A stretch of 64,000 bases of DNA, taken from the NCBI RefSeq assembly GCF_963853765.1, contig NC_088858.1, forward strand, positions 310,001-374,000, given 5' to 3'. The notes under the pieces are model-generated. The model ran no database searches. It worked only from the letters and a program-made list of their open reading frames with translations, and was not told where the DNA came from. The translations under genes and the position numbers were made by a program. Origin of the DNA: Magallana gigas (taxonomy: Eukaryota). Positions 1 to 13,409 of the stretch are shown here, in pieces; positions within the stretch are counted from its first letter, which is position 1; each line of letters opens with the position of its first letter.

Positions 1-33
1 TCAGGTGAGCGATGTGGCCCCTGGGCCTCTTGT
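1..33 (+). mobile_element. 3' end of a non-autonomous Helentron (HINE)-type element that began upstream of the window
   Basis: tcaggtgagcgatgtggcccctgggcctctt is the same sequence as the 3' end of the complete element at 48627-50762 (subterminal repeat plus short GGCCC/GGGCC hairpin). Confidence 0.8.
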
Positions 34-124
34 TTCTTGTTAACTTGGTGATAGTTGTTGAATTTGAATGACCAGTGGCAGCATGTGAGCCTACTCCGGT
101 TGGGGTGTTTCTGTGCTATTGGGG

Positions 125-380
125 GTGTTATTTGTGAGTGTTATATATGGGGTTATTTATGAGTGTTATATATTGGGTTGTTTGTGAGTGATATAAATAT
201 ATGGGTGTTATTTGTGAGTGGTATATATGTGGGGTTATTTGTGAGTGTTATATATGAGTGTTATATGTGGGTGTTATTTATGAGTGTTATATATAATATG
301 CCATTGAGTGTTATTTGTTATATATGGGTGTTATATGTGAGTGTTATATGTGGGTGTTATATGTGAGTGTTATATATATG
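125..380. repeat. Degenerate ~20-bp minisatellite (gtgagtgttatatatg/gggtgttattt)
   Basis: Repeated motif read directly; it explains the low-complexity ORF 163..366. Confidence 0.85.
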
Positions 381-1174
381 ATTCTTATTTGATTGTATTT
401 TCTAGAGCAAGACCTTACTCTTTTTGGCTTTTAAGGTAGTGGTGTGTTCATTACTATATCAAGAAGGACAGATCTATAAAGAGTGACATCAAGCCTACAT
501 CACAGGTCATGAAAAGTTGTTTGAAGTTAGGTGTAAACAACAAGGGCCCAGCAATTGTATTTGCTAGTTAGCATGTTTTAATAGCAGAGTTGTCATTAAG
601 TAGAATTTTCTCACCTTAATAAGGCAGAGCAGGTATGTTGATTTACAAAATGACATTGACCATTCATCACTGTCCCCTGGGTGACATCAGGCCCTATGTA
701 TCTGTACTTAGTCGGTCCCGGGGCCCCAGACTCTGAGCCAGGTTAACTCGGGGAGGAAAGAATGAACAGAAACTGTGGTAAGCATCTTAACTGGCCTGTT
801 TTATCTCTATTAAAACATGTAGACAAAGGTTGCTAGTATTGCATTTTATAAGCAAAATCTCACCGTACATGGTTAAATGATAGAAAAATAATTGTGGAAG
901 CATTCTTTCTTGCACTAGTATAAAGTGTGTTAACCCTTTGGCTCAGTGGTTAGAGCATTGTGTCCTTCTTGTCCTAACAAGTGTGAACTTAATCCTTTAG
1001 CCGCTTGGCCCGAGTTCTAACCCAGTTGTGGTTGGTTTGGAATAAGACATCTGTACATATACTTGTATTGCAGAATACGGTGCAAGCTCATTCAAATTGT
1101 TTGTAAAATGCTTAAGAAATTAAAATGTAGAACAGCTTGGTGCAGTATCTAATATGGTATGCATTTTATTTCAG

Positions 1175-4100
1175 AGCTTTGTGAAAATGGAACTGTTAAA
1201 GTGTCTCCTGAACCCAGTAAGTATACTGCTGTTATGAAGTATGTAATATATTTATATTCAGTTGACTTCTCCAGATTGTACTCTGTTCACGTCCGACATC
1301 TGTACATATATTTAATCTGGTTTTAATTACCTTCAAATCTTGAAAACAGCTTATTTAAATATTTCTTACTGAAATCCAGAGTGTATCTTTTAGAGCAGAT
1401 TGTTTATAAAGTTCTGTTAGAATATTAGTATTAATGTATGTTTACATACTTACATGCTTTTATTAATTCTAGTGAGCAGTTTAAAGATTATGACCCAATG
1501 TATTATATCAAGACAAATCTGGGCTAGAAAAATGTATACTAGTATGTCAATTTAAGTACATAAAACTTTCCATTGGCTAGAACTTTCTGTGCAACATACC
1601 ATGTTGTTAAAGCAAAAATTGGTCCAATTATTCACTGAAATATAGTCAAGGATCAGTGCCTTTATCATCAGCAAAAGATGCTTGTAATAAAAAGCAGCTT
1701 ATTTTCAAGATTTTAGGGTGTGCAGTGTAACAGTGTATTCTTTCTTTACATTATATATTTTGAAATAAGTTTTTATCTTGCAACCCTTCATTGATCAGAA
1801 TAGTAACCCAGCAGACCCTGTGACATTATACATATATTACATGGCTTCGAGGGCGACATACCAGAATATTTGCCCCGAGGTGACAGGAAAGCCCTGGAGT
1901 GTTATGTCGCCTGATGCCGAAGGCAGAGGGCGACATAACACTCCAGGGCTTTCCTGTCACCGAGGGACAAATATTCTGGTATTGTCGCCCGAGAAGACAT
2001 GTAATATATGTTATATAACATTTTTAAACAAATCAAACTCCGGTTATCAACATATTATTTAATTCACAAGGCAGAGGAAAATTGTTAAAACACTAACGCT
2101 TGAGTTTATCACTTTTGTCGTATTTGCCGAATTTTTTTCATCAATTAAACTATCGAGTTCATCTGAATTTAGATGAACATATCGCAGACGTTGGCCTAGC
2201 ATGTTTAATTTTCGCGGATCTGTTTACGTTTGCTTAGCAACTGGCTCGTTGAATTTCGAACCCGACGTAATTAATATGCAGAATTCTTGCACGCGATGGT
2301 GATATTACAGTTCCGGGAGGGCAATATAACTATTTCCTGTGAAATATAACTGTTTCCGGGAGGGCAATATAACTGTTTCCGGTGTGATTCAGCAATTTTC
2401 AGGGCATAGTAATAAAATTATCTCATTTGTGACATAACGAGAAAACTTATTCAAAAATGGTATATTATACATATATTACATGGCTTCGAGGGCGACATAC
2501 CAGAATATTTGCCCCGAGGTGACAGGAAAGCCCTGGAGTGTTATGTCGCCTGATGCCGAAGGCAGAGGGCGACATAACACTCCAGGGCTTTCCTGTCACC
2601 TCGGGGCAAATATTCTGGTATTGTCGCCCTCGAAGCCATGTAATATATGTTATATAACATTTTTAAACAAATCAAACTCGGGTTATCAACATATTTATTT
2701 AATTCACAAGGCAGAGGCAAATGTTTTTAAAACACTCACGCTTGAGTTTATCACTTTTGTCGTATTTGCCGAATTTTTTCATTAATTAAACTATCCAGTT
2801 CATCTGAATTTAGATGAACAAACCGCAGACGTTGGCCTGACATGTTGAAAATTCGCGGATCTGTTTAGTACGTTTGCCTAGCAACTGGCTCGTTGAATTT
2901 CGAACCCGACGTAATTAATATGCAGAATTCTTTCACGCGATGGTGATATTACAGTTTCGGGAGGGCAATATAACTATTTCCTGTGAAATATAACTGTTTC
3001 CGGGAGGGCAATATAACTGTTTCCGGTGTTATTCAGCAATTTTCAGGGCATAGTAATAAAATTATCTCATTTGTGACATAACGAGAAAACTTCTTCAAAA
3101 ATGGTATATAATCCATTGTACTGGTTACATCATGGTGTCATGGTTTCAACTGCTGAGATTTACCAGAATTTATTTGACAGTTGGGTCATCTATGAGATAA
3201 TTGAGATGAAATGTAAATTAAATTAGGTTGCAGGATAAATACATGAGATTTAAGTGACATTTGGGTTGGTTGAAAATACTAAGAGGGCAATTAAGTCTTG
3301 TTGTCTTTCATGTATCCTTACCATCACTCAAATATCATTCATATTTCAAGATGGATACCTTTTTATTTAAACAAATTCTTGCTTATAAATATTTCTTGCT
3401 TGCAGCTAGTACCCTTTCCCCGACAACAATTGTTTCCAGGGTAACGAGTTCACCGGTTCTGACCACAGAGTTCACAAATATAACCTCCCAACAAAACGAT
3501 ACAATAATCAGAACCAAGCCCACCTTATTCGACCGTAAGATTACTCACTTTGTTTATTTGGTGGCGTTGCTAAATGTTAGAATGAAACTCTGTGATGAGG
3601 AAGATTTTTCATGTTTATAAGTCACTGTTGTTTCTAGACAAATTGAATAGAATTGTTTTCCTCATTAACAGTGTGACATTGGCTGCATTTATCTCTGCAT
3701 GGTTTTCGTTGAGGGAATATAGATCAAATGGAATGATGAGATGCACTTCCTTTTTATATACAATGATGATGCATGCTACCAACATCAGTTTACTGCTCTA
3801 CCCCTGAGATAGGGGGAGCGCTAACCATCCCATTTATAACATACAGGAGGGAGGGGAGGGGGTATAATGCTGTCTAGCTGGCCCACTGTCTGGTTGACAG
3901 GGTCTTACAGCAGCTGTAATAGGAGAACCAATGTAGCCGGCATAGTTTCCTACCCATGTAATAGGGTATGAGCTGTGTAAGAAGATACCTACCACAACTT
4001 TGTGGGTCTTAGGATCCCTTCTACCCCCTCAGGAAAATTATAAATTTCGGACCCCCCCCCCCCCCCCCTTCCCTTGGGAAAAATGTCTTCTATCATGCAT

Positions 4101-7100
4101 GCCTTTCCTACTACCAGCTAGGATATATCCTTCAAGGTATTAGTTTTCTTGCATCTTTTATATCGCCTCCTTCCTGGCATATCTAGCCAGCTTCTCTGAG
4201 TTAAGGATATTACTGTCAATATTTCTAAGTTAAAGTTTAAGAATATTGTCTGTCGTAGTTTAATCCTGACTGCTGTCATTTTAGTACCAGTGCCCACTGT
4301 TGACTCAGAGATTGAAGTTAACATAGAATCAGGTGATACCACATATACAAGTCTTCAAGTCATACGTTCATACCTATGAAATGAGCCATTAATTTCTGGT
4401 TTTATATTTGTACAATTTCTGCTACATTTCAGTACTTTTCCTATGATACTGTATACAGGGATATTCGTGCCCCATGTTTTTTCACCCTTCACTTGTAAAC
4501 GGTTTTGCCCCGCCTTGAATTTGCCCAGACAAGTTGTGTAATAGATACTCTTTCTAATTTACACAGTATTTTAAAAATGATACTGTTTTGAATTCACTAA
4601 GTCGTGAATAAAATGGGGCACAAAAAAAAACGGGAACAAATGTTTCCCTGTATACAGTATTTTATTTTCATCCCTGATGTTATGCATGCCACATGCCAGT
4701 GTACCTGCCAATAGTTTTGATTTACTTGTATTTCCATAATTGACCACCATAGTTATTAATTTGTGCATTAAGTATTAAAAAGGGAAATGAGCAAGTTCAT
4801 TATAGAGGATGTTGTTTTTTGTCGATGGATTTCCTCTGTGCTAGAATGCCAAAAGGCCCTGTTTACAGATGCTCTTCAAGTGATCGGGATGATGAGGTTC
4901 ACTTTCTTAAGTTTAAAGTTATCTCCCTTTGTCACTGTAATTATTATTTTAAATTTTAAGTGTTATACCATATATTAAATGTTGCCATCAGATTTGGCAT
5001 TATAAGGAATTTCAAATAGTTGTAATATAATCACAAGCAAGGTTTAAGAATAGAAATTGTAATGTTGGAGAACGGCTGGAGACTTACACTGAGTGACCGC
5101 ATATTGACTCTGACAAGGGAGGTAATTTGTTAAGTGGTTTATTTCTGAGACGGGAGCACCTTACATCTTGCATTAGATGGCAGTGCCAGGGACTGACTTC
5201 TGGGCCAATCATTGGTTGCTGTCAGGGCTGCTTGTTAAACCCTGACCTCAGGACATTTAGACGGGTCCTTGTTATGTGGCCATTGCATCTGCAGACAACT
5301 AAGACTGGACCCTTTCTCGTTTTGTACATTACATGATTTAGCTGATTAAAGTCTACAGGATTTAATTAAAGTCTACTGAGGTAGATTATAAAAGTCTACA
5401 CCTACTTGAGTAAAGTCTAGAGGTAATTGATTAAAGTCTACAGGTAGTTGATTGAGTCTATAAGTAGTAGGTTTAGTCTACAAGTAGTTGGTTTAGTCTG
5501 CAAGTACTTACCAATGGTTAATGTCTACAGGTAGTTGATTAAAGTCTGCAGGTAGTTGATTGAGTCTCTAAGTAGTTGGTTTAGTCTACAAGTAGTTGGT
5601 TTAGTCTGCAAGTACTTACCAATAGTTAATGTCTACAGGTAGTTGATTAAAGTCTGCCGGTAGTTGATTGAGTCTCTAAGTAGTTGGTTTAGTCTACAAG
5701 TAGTTGGTTTAGTCTGCAAGTAGTTGGTTTAGTCTGCAAGTACTTACCAATGGTTAATGTCTACACATAGTTGATTAAAATCTACAGGTAGTTGGTTAAA
5801 GTCTACAGGTAATTGGTTAAGTTAATTTACAGGTAGTTGGTTAAGTTTACATTTTATTAATAAAATCTGTTGGTTTCTAATCCATCTTAAACATCTTACA
5901 AATGGCCACTATTGGTAACTGTTGATTTCTAATCATTTCTAGACCTTAAATGTTTGGTCACAATCGGAAACTGATTGTTTCTAATCTATCTTGGACTTCT
6001 AACAAATGGTCATTATTGGTAACACGTGTTATGATCCATCTTACATTGGATTTCCAACCAGGAGTTGCTATTGGTTACACATGGTAACACGTGTTATGAT
6101 CCATCTATTGGATTACTATCCATGTATATCCAACCAGGAGTTGCTATTGGTTACACATGGTAACACATGGTGTTATGATCCACTTTACATTGGATTACAT
6201 TACAGTCATGTATATCCAACCAAAGGTCACAAATGGTGATTGTCGGTAATTAATCATTATGTGGTGTACTTGAAATAGATGATTGTAATGGTTGCTGAAG
6301 GTATATAATGCACCATGCTTCAATGTACATGTATTTCAAATATTCTGTTAGAAATTATGGGTTACACAGATGGTTTGCATGCGAGTTAAGCTCATTATTT
6401 GGTGTGTTTGTAAGTTACTGCTGCTATTTATCACATAACAATATATTTACTTGTACTGTATGATTTGCAGTAGCTCACATTAAAGAGAAAATTTCAAAAG
6501 TCATTTCTGCATTACATAATCAGTTCCTTGAACAATTTCAATGGTTTTGTATTAATAATTGATTCATAATTTCAAAAGACATATTGGTCTTATTTCTCTC
6601 CATCCTATACAAGTCACAGAGAAACATTGAGGAATTGTTTGGCGATGTTGAGCTCAGGTCTTGGCTTTATTTTCTCTAGATCATTGGTGTGATCTTGCCA
6701 TGCAAACATCAATAAAAATAATGTTGTTTCATGCAGAAATGGGTATGTTGTCAGCGTGCTTTCCCTTAGCAAGCCACTGTATGTAATTAATAAAAGCTTA
6801 ATTCATTTCAATGTACATGTACAGGACTGTATTAATGACTACATAATAATAATATTCTCATATACCTTAGTAGTGGTTGATATAAAGTTGATGACTTAAC
6901 TTAGTGATAATAATGCATCATATGTACTAGCTGTCAAACTATTACTTTGCTGAGATATCAATCAATACATTATTTAATTACTCTTGATCTACAATAATCT
7001 CTCTCTTCTCCCCCCCCCCCCCCTCCCCCAGAGTAAGAGTAATATTTTGTTTTATTTTACAGTTACTCCAGATTCTGGATCCAGTGCTTTAATACCTGTC

Positions 7101-9392
7101 TTAATACCATTGATAATTATTTTGCTGCTGGCTGCTGTTGTTGTGGCTGTCTGGTACATCAAGAAAAGGAAAGGAAGGTAGGTAGTCAGGATGAGGTAAT
7201 GGGACTTCACTGAGTACACTGGTGACTTATGGTGTGGGTAGATATTGATTATAGAGTAAACATACCCCTTAAACAGTGGCCGGAGACTGGAAAAACTTAA
7301 ACCTGGCTCTCAGCACTGGGTAACACACATTAAGGCTGCTCAGTAAGAAAATCTGGGGGATTAATGAAATCTTTAATAATTTTTACAAGGTTATTTACAG
7401 TAAAACACACTTATAGTTAATGCCACATTCAGACCATTTTGATACATAATACATGTACGTATATTAGAAATTTCATATACCCTATGAATTGATATTCATG
7501 TGATTTTAAACATGATTGAATAAAACTGACTTCACTGTAAGCCTGAAATCACTATATAAACCTATTTGCTGTAACTGTTTTTAACTGTATATTGACCAAC
7601 CACTGGTATTACTAATGCTCATTAACAGTGACATGTGATGAAAATTGTGCAGTGAAGTTTTAGATTTTTTTTCAACTACGGTGTGGTTTGGGCTCGGTGA
7701 GATCTGTTGGATCTTAATTCTTCCTCCATTTTTGTTGTAAACAGAAGATTATTTGACATTGACATCATGTGTTGTTTTTACTGTACATTCAGTGGGTATC
7801 GCCGATTGACATGTGTTGTTTTTACTGTACATTCAGTGGGTATCACCTATTGACATCATGTGTTGTTTTTACTGTACATTCAGTGGGTATCGCCTATTGA
7901 CATCATGTGTTGTTTTTACTGTACATTCAGTGGGTATCACCTATTTCTACGAGTTCAGCAGTTCCTCTACAAGGACCCGAGTATCAGAAGAAACAGGTAT
8001 TCCATACCTGCATGGGTTCTCTCGACGAAGTATCAATCCGACTGTATGCTATCTATAATAGACTTCTCAAATTATTTGTCCTTGATGGTTTCCATATAGC
8101 CTGCAATGTTATCTGAATGAATGCTACTCTATCACATACATTGTAAAGTATCTGTCCTTCAAGTTGATGGTTTGATATCTATTTGAGTGAATGCTTCAAT
8201 ACAATATAACAGACTCCTCAAAGTGTTTGCCCTTTAGGGTTTCATTATCCTGCAATGACTGACTTGCCCTCACTTTACTTTGCATGTCATTGAGAATGAT
8301 TAAAGTCTAAACTTTTGGATGAAACATTATAGAAAAAGGGTTTCATTCTTTTCAGCATGGTTTTCTTTCAAGATTTTACCATAGTATATGTATTGCAACT
8401 TGTTTTTTTTTTATGAAAAGGATGTCTGCTAAAGGCACTTGGAAACATTCTTTTAATCTGGAACACACTTTATATTTTGTCTTTTGATCTGGAACTTTCT
8501 ATGTACTTTTCCTGGGCATGGAACTAGATGTCTTCTCTTTCTTGGGCAATCAAAATGATTTTCTTCAGACTAGAAACCTTGTAGTTTAAAGTTTGTATGA
8601 TTATTAAAACAAAGATTATTGACAAAAGCCTCATCAGAGAGGACTGTGAAGTTCAGTTGTCACTGTGGAAGATTTTCATTTGAAATTGTGCGGACTGTTT
8701 ATTGTCAGTGGTTATGAATTTATTTTAGGAAGTCATCATCATCATCAAATGGCAGCAAGAAATCTAGGAATAATTCCGCAGCCAGTGAGAGTGGAGTTCC
8801 GAACAATGTTGTCACTTCAAGTCAGGTCTCAATGAATGAAAAAGACTTTAAACACGCATCTACAGCCCAACTCATTGACGAGGCTTCCATAAAATCAGAT
8901 TATGAAAACCCCATGTTTGACCCAGTGATAGAAGAAAATGAAAGCTTTACGGTTAAAATAGAAATGGAACAGAAAGAAATCTCTGACACACAGACAGACA
9001 GTAATGTACATCACTATGACAATACATGTATTTCTCCAAACCTTAAAGCTTTAAATTCATCAGATTACTCGGATAAAGAAGAAAATGACCCACCATATGA
9101 TACTCCTCCAAAAAGGAGTTTCAAGGGAGAGCAGAGAGAACAGGCGGAGGATGGGAGGGATTTACACCTGAGTAGGGAGGGGGGTGGTAGTAAGGAGGGG
9201 ATGGAGGGAGGTGATGTGGAGACATCGGAGACAGAGAAAGCAATGGAAAATCTCAAAGCGGACCTAAACATTGATCAGAACTCCAACACGGAGGTTTCAG
9301 CCTTGGACAGGGAGTCTGTCATTAAGAATCAGCTCTCGGTGGACAGTGGGTACGAAACACATGTACACTCACCGCCACCCAACTGTGTCTGA
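1175..9392 (+). CDS. Single-pass type I membrane protein, 5'-partial, isoform with cytoplasmic tail A
   Basis: Phase-consistent AG/GT exons: 1175-1216 (LCENGTVKVSPEP), 3406-3534 (Ser/Thr-rich stalk), 4285-4332 (less certain), 7063-7177 (transmembrane ALIPVLIPLIIILLLAAVVVAVWY followed by basic KKRKG), 7931-7996 (66-nt phase 2-2 exon) and terminal exon 8729-9392 (acceptor tattttag, in frame with ORF 8832..9392). The family is not recognised because the N-terminal exons lie upstream of the window. Confidence 0.7.
1825..3109. mobile_element. Head-to-tail dimer of a ~640-bp element that starts with a ~190-bp hairpin
   Basis: Units at 1825-2462 and 2463-3109 are near-identical. Each begins with ~85-bp inverted arms around tgatgccgaaggcagag and has internal gggagggcaatataact repeats. 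The family assignment is uncertain. Confidence 0.8.
4449..4657. mobile_element. TA-flanked MITE (Tc1/mariner-type ends)
   Basis: ta|ctgtatacagggg ... tccctgtatacag|ta; a related copy lies at 43986-44155. Confidence 0.8.
5340..5850. repeat. ~21-bp minisatellite (agtctacaggtagttgattaa / agtctacaagtagttggttt)
   Basis: About 20 degenerate tandem copies read directly. Confidence 0.9.
7758..7945 (+). repeat. 44-47-bp tandem repeat (4 copies) containing the acceptor and first bases of exon 7931-7996
   Basis: tgtgttgtttttactgtacattcag|tgggtatc recurs, giving acceptors at 7793, 7837, 7884 and 7931. Confidence 0.9.
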
Positions 9393-9840
9393 TTCCAGCT
9401 GGTCCAGACAAATCGTTAACAGTAACTTGAGTACGAAACACTTGTACACTAACCATATCACCCAACTGAGTTTGACATGGAGACTCCATGAGCTGAATCA
9501 ATTGTTTACAACATCTTGATTATTAGCACTGTGAATAACTTAGGGATGATCTAAATGTTCTATGATAGCATCTTACCACAGCTTTGGCCTGTAGTTTGAT
9601 GATTTCTCTTATGAGAAGGTTAATATTACTTCATAATTTTATAGTTTATCATAAACAAACATGGCATGTCAAATGAATCAAGTTCAATTAAAACCAATCA
9701 TGCATCCACGACACTATTTTTCCACAGCTGTAATTTACAATTACATAAATCAACACAAATATGATAATCAGGCCACACCAATATAACTTCCTGTTTGTCA
9801 GACATTCAATGAAAAAAGGTATGAGCGGTCGAGCGATTAA

Positions 9841-10156
9841 GGTTGTATGGGACATCTGTTGATATTAATGTAGATTAAAGTACATTATATTCGAAATACT
9901 TTCACCAGTTTAGAATTTTCAAGTATTACAATATTTAACCAAAAAATAGCTTTAAAAAAATATGGAGAGCTCAAAATTGTAAAACCCCGGGTGAGATTCA
10001 AACTCATGACATACAGATTTGTATTAAACCCTCTAATCCATTGGCTACGCTGTTAGATGACATTATACAGAAAGAAACTACTTATATAATTACACTTCAT
10101 TTTATTGTTTATTTCGATAAACAATACGCTACAACATGGAAGTGTCCCATACCACC
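9841..10156. mobile_element. TTAA-flanked MITE, Kolobok-like (316 bp)
   Basis: ttaa|ggttgtatgggacat ... gtgtcccataccacc|ttaa. A TTAA target duplication with purine-purine termini fits Kolobok better than piggyBac. Confidence 0.75.
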
Positions 10157-11009
10157 TTAAATAATGAATTATTTTTTCTGTAGGAAAAATTTTTAGGCAG
10201 TACATAAATAAATTTGTGCAGATGGTTATATTTTTTCTACTTGTTTCTGTTTATAAATTAAGAGCTATTGAAAATACATAAAATAGAGGGGAAGTAGAAC
10301 GGAAAACAGTGCATAATAATCTGGGTGCAGGAAATTAATATTATAATATTATTTCTTCAGTTTTAATAAAATACGAGCAAGTTGGATTTGACAAAAAAGA
10401 AATTATATTGGTATGGCCTAATGTGAAACAAAATCTCAAGCTTTAACTAGTTTCAAAGATCAAAATTTTGGAGTAGTATGTGCTATTGTGTGAATGTCAA
10501 TCAGTAGGAGGTTGTACATTGTAAAATACTCAGCCATGGCACAGTTCTTGGTGAGAGAATAGAGTTATATCTTGTTTGATTTGATTTTATATGATTTATC
10601 ACTGTAAACATAACTACAGAGTCTCCTTTCATTTTTTATGTTATTAATCGTTTGTTACATATACTTGTAATTCTTTTTTTTTTTTTTAATGTTTAATTTA
10701 TTTGTTTGTAATTACAGAAATTGTACCTAAGAAAATGATCTTTATTGTTGAGTTTTAAAAACATTTTTATTAATCATGTTAATACATATGATGTAAAAAA
10801 AGATGAGTTTTCCATTGTTTGGACAGGTCAGGGTATACAGGTTTTAGTTGTTGAGTTGGGGTGTAACCCGTTAGTTGTTGAGTTGGGGTGTAACCCATGT
10901 ATAGGGGAAGCACATTCTGGAATCAGGCCCCGGAGTGGTGGACAGATATTGATGGACTTGGTATAAATCTTTCTTTTTCTCCATCCTGATAGACAGACCT
11001 GTTCAGGAT

Positions 11010-11235
11010 CTCCCGATTCTTCACCAGATTGATTGCTCACAAAATGTCTCAGGGTGAATCCCATTGTCTCCCTGATTATTCACCAGATTGATTGCTCACA
11101 AAATGTCTCAGGGTGAATCCCATTGTCTCCCTGATTCTTCACCAGATTGATTGCTCACAAAATGTCTCAGTGTGAATCCCATTGTCCTCCTGATTCCTCA
11201 CCAGATTGATTGCTCACAAAATGTCACAATCAGAA
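11010..11235. repeat. 59-bp tandem repeat, 4 copies
   Basis: tcaccagattgattgctcacaaaatgtc recurs at 11021, 11080, 11139 and 11198. Confidence 0.9.
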
Positions 11236-11649
11236 TCCCATTGTTGGCACTTGGTGGATTTTTGTAAGCTCCAGCAGGGAAGTAAAGGTTAGTCTAAGTT
11301 GGGATGTAGGGCCCAGTATCACTCTGCAGTACTGTGAGTCATTCAAGGACACGCAACACTCCTCAGTATTAAATAGGTTATTTCTTCCTTATTTACATTT
11401 AAACCTGTCATGCCAAGAATTTAAGGGTGCATTACCAGGCCTTTTGGGGAGTTGGAATATTTCGAAATTTTCTTGTTAATATGTAGCACAACGAATGCAA
11501 TTGAATGCTTATGAATAAAGTCATATATTAAAAGTAATATATATTTTTGATTGAAACTATATATCCAAATATAAAAATATAAAATGAAAAATATAATTTT
11601 AGAATTACAAAGATGAAATCTTCACATTATGGAGATAATGAAAAATAAT

Positions 11650-12025
11650 GAAATAGAGGTCGCATCTGACCTTAATCACCTTCTAATTCTTTATAATTAT
11701 AACCCCAAGATGACTGTGTGAGGGTCATTTTCATGTAACACAGTGCTATACCAGCTTACTAACACCCATGGGTGACCATGAGGTCAGCGAAGGTCACCCT
11801 CTACTCTTTATTTACCTAAAAAATAGATGACTGTAAGGTCTTCCTCATATAATACAGTGCTATACCTGCTTACTAACACCCAGGGGTGACCATGCAAAGG
11901 TCAGCGAAGGTCACCCTCTACTCTTTATTTACCTAGAAAATAGATGACTGTAAGGTCTTCCTCATATAATACAGTGCTATACCTGCTTACTTACACCCAG
12001 GGGTGACCAAGTAGGGGTCATCTTC
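11650..12025. repeat. ~123-bp tandem repeat, about 3 copies
   Basis: aaggtcaccctctactcttta...gatgactgtaaggtcttcctcatataatacagtgctatacc recurs. Confidence 0.85.
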
Positions 12026-12489
12026 TATTTGTTGATGTAATATATCATATTTTGTCTTCATTAACCCAATACTTTTTTTTTTTCAAAGGTTATACAGCAG
12101 GTAACTATGAGAAGAAATGCTTGATAATAATGTTATGTACAGAGACATTATTTTAATGTGATCAAGCTTTATAGGGTTGTTGTCTGTGTTTATTATCCAC
12201 TCAATGTTTTCTTTTGAGCATTAAGATGAGAGGCATACTCTTTTTTTTTATCTTATTCATTCCAGCTAGTGATTTAAATTGCTGAATTTTGAATTTCGAT
12301 GTCAAGGTCAAGCTTTTATCAATTTTGAGAACAGTGTTACAAAAAGAGTAAATAGAGATGGCATTTCCCTGACTCAGTCTACCAATAAATATTAATATCT
12401 CTCCAGTCACAATACAGAAATAGCTTTTGAGTTATATATAAATGTAATAATGCTTGCTAAAACAGCTAAACCTAATTATACAATTATAA

Positions 12490-12689
12490 CTGTGGAATCA
12501 TTTAAATTCATGGAGACCCCTTTTTTGGATTGTTAGATTTTTATAGGTTTGTTGGAACATAATTTTGTGGTTCATTTTTGTGAATAATGGAATACAGCTA
12601 GATCAAGTTCCAAAATGCATTAAGGATACACGAGTGAAGAGTACCCGCATATGGAAATCAAACTACCATGAATTCTAATGATTCCAAAG
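12490..12689. mobile_element. Degenerate MITE related to 36386-36590
   Basis: ctgtggaatcatttaaattc ... gaattctaatgattccaaag|ta imperfect terminal inverted repeats. Confidence 0.55.
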
Positions 12690-13409
12690 TAACATCACTG
12701 AAAAATAATACAAATAATCAGGAAGGAGGAACTCCAGTAAGAACAGGAATCAAGTATTCAAATTGTGTATAGTGCAAGTATTTCCTGAAGAATAAGACCA
12801 ATTTTAAAATCTAATGTGATCCAGGACTCAAGTATTCAAATTGCATGCATGCTGATATTTCCTGAAGAATAAGACCAATTTTAAAATTTGATGGATGATT
12901 CTTATACATGTTCCATTGATTTCTCACAAGTATTGTTTAACAACATAAAGAAAACATCAGGATAATAAAAAGATTAAGGATACTCCATAAGTATATATCA
13001 CACATGCTCTATTATTGCCAACAACTTTCCTTTCAAGCTGTAATCCTTAAAATCTACTGGGTATACTTTTATATTTATACTAAGTGGGAAAAAAAAATAA
13101 AATCCTCCAAAATAATTTTTCTCTCTCTCTTTCTCTTTCTAGCTAATGCTTGTCCTATCCTTTAAACACCATTTCTTTTTCTATTTTAATTCTTATTTTT
13201 CTTAAATACTAATCGATTGTTGTCTTTTTGATAAGTCCATAAGTAGTAAAGTAAATTGGTTCATCAATTATCTGATACCTGCAATGGCGGAGTTTATATC
13301 ACTCGTGTTAGTAAACCTCTGTACATTGTATCTATTTTGGAGCAGTATGCATCCTTACCCACAGCTCTAGTTGTACACAACCATTAATATCTTGTTTTGT
13401 CTTCTACAG

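Noticed and set aside
163-366. 67-aa hydrophobic ORF; likewise ORFs at 38844-39374 and 54637-54888
   Set aside because: They are translations of AT-rich minisatellites.
406-780. Possible extra exons of the membrane gene (acceptor at 405, donor at 778)
   Set aside because: I could not find a stop-free, phase-compatible frame.
940-1030. tRNA-like sequence (also at 36960-37035, 44330 and 60957)
   Set aside because: Only A/B-box-like fragments are present with no cloverleaf, which fits SINE heads.
1778-2785. Two near-identical ORFs (94 and 101 aa) as a duplicated gene
   Set aside because: They are translations of the hairpin element dimer, with no splice or codon support.
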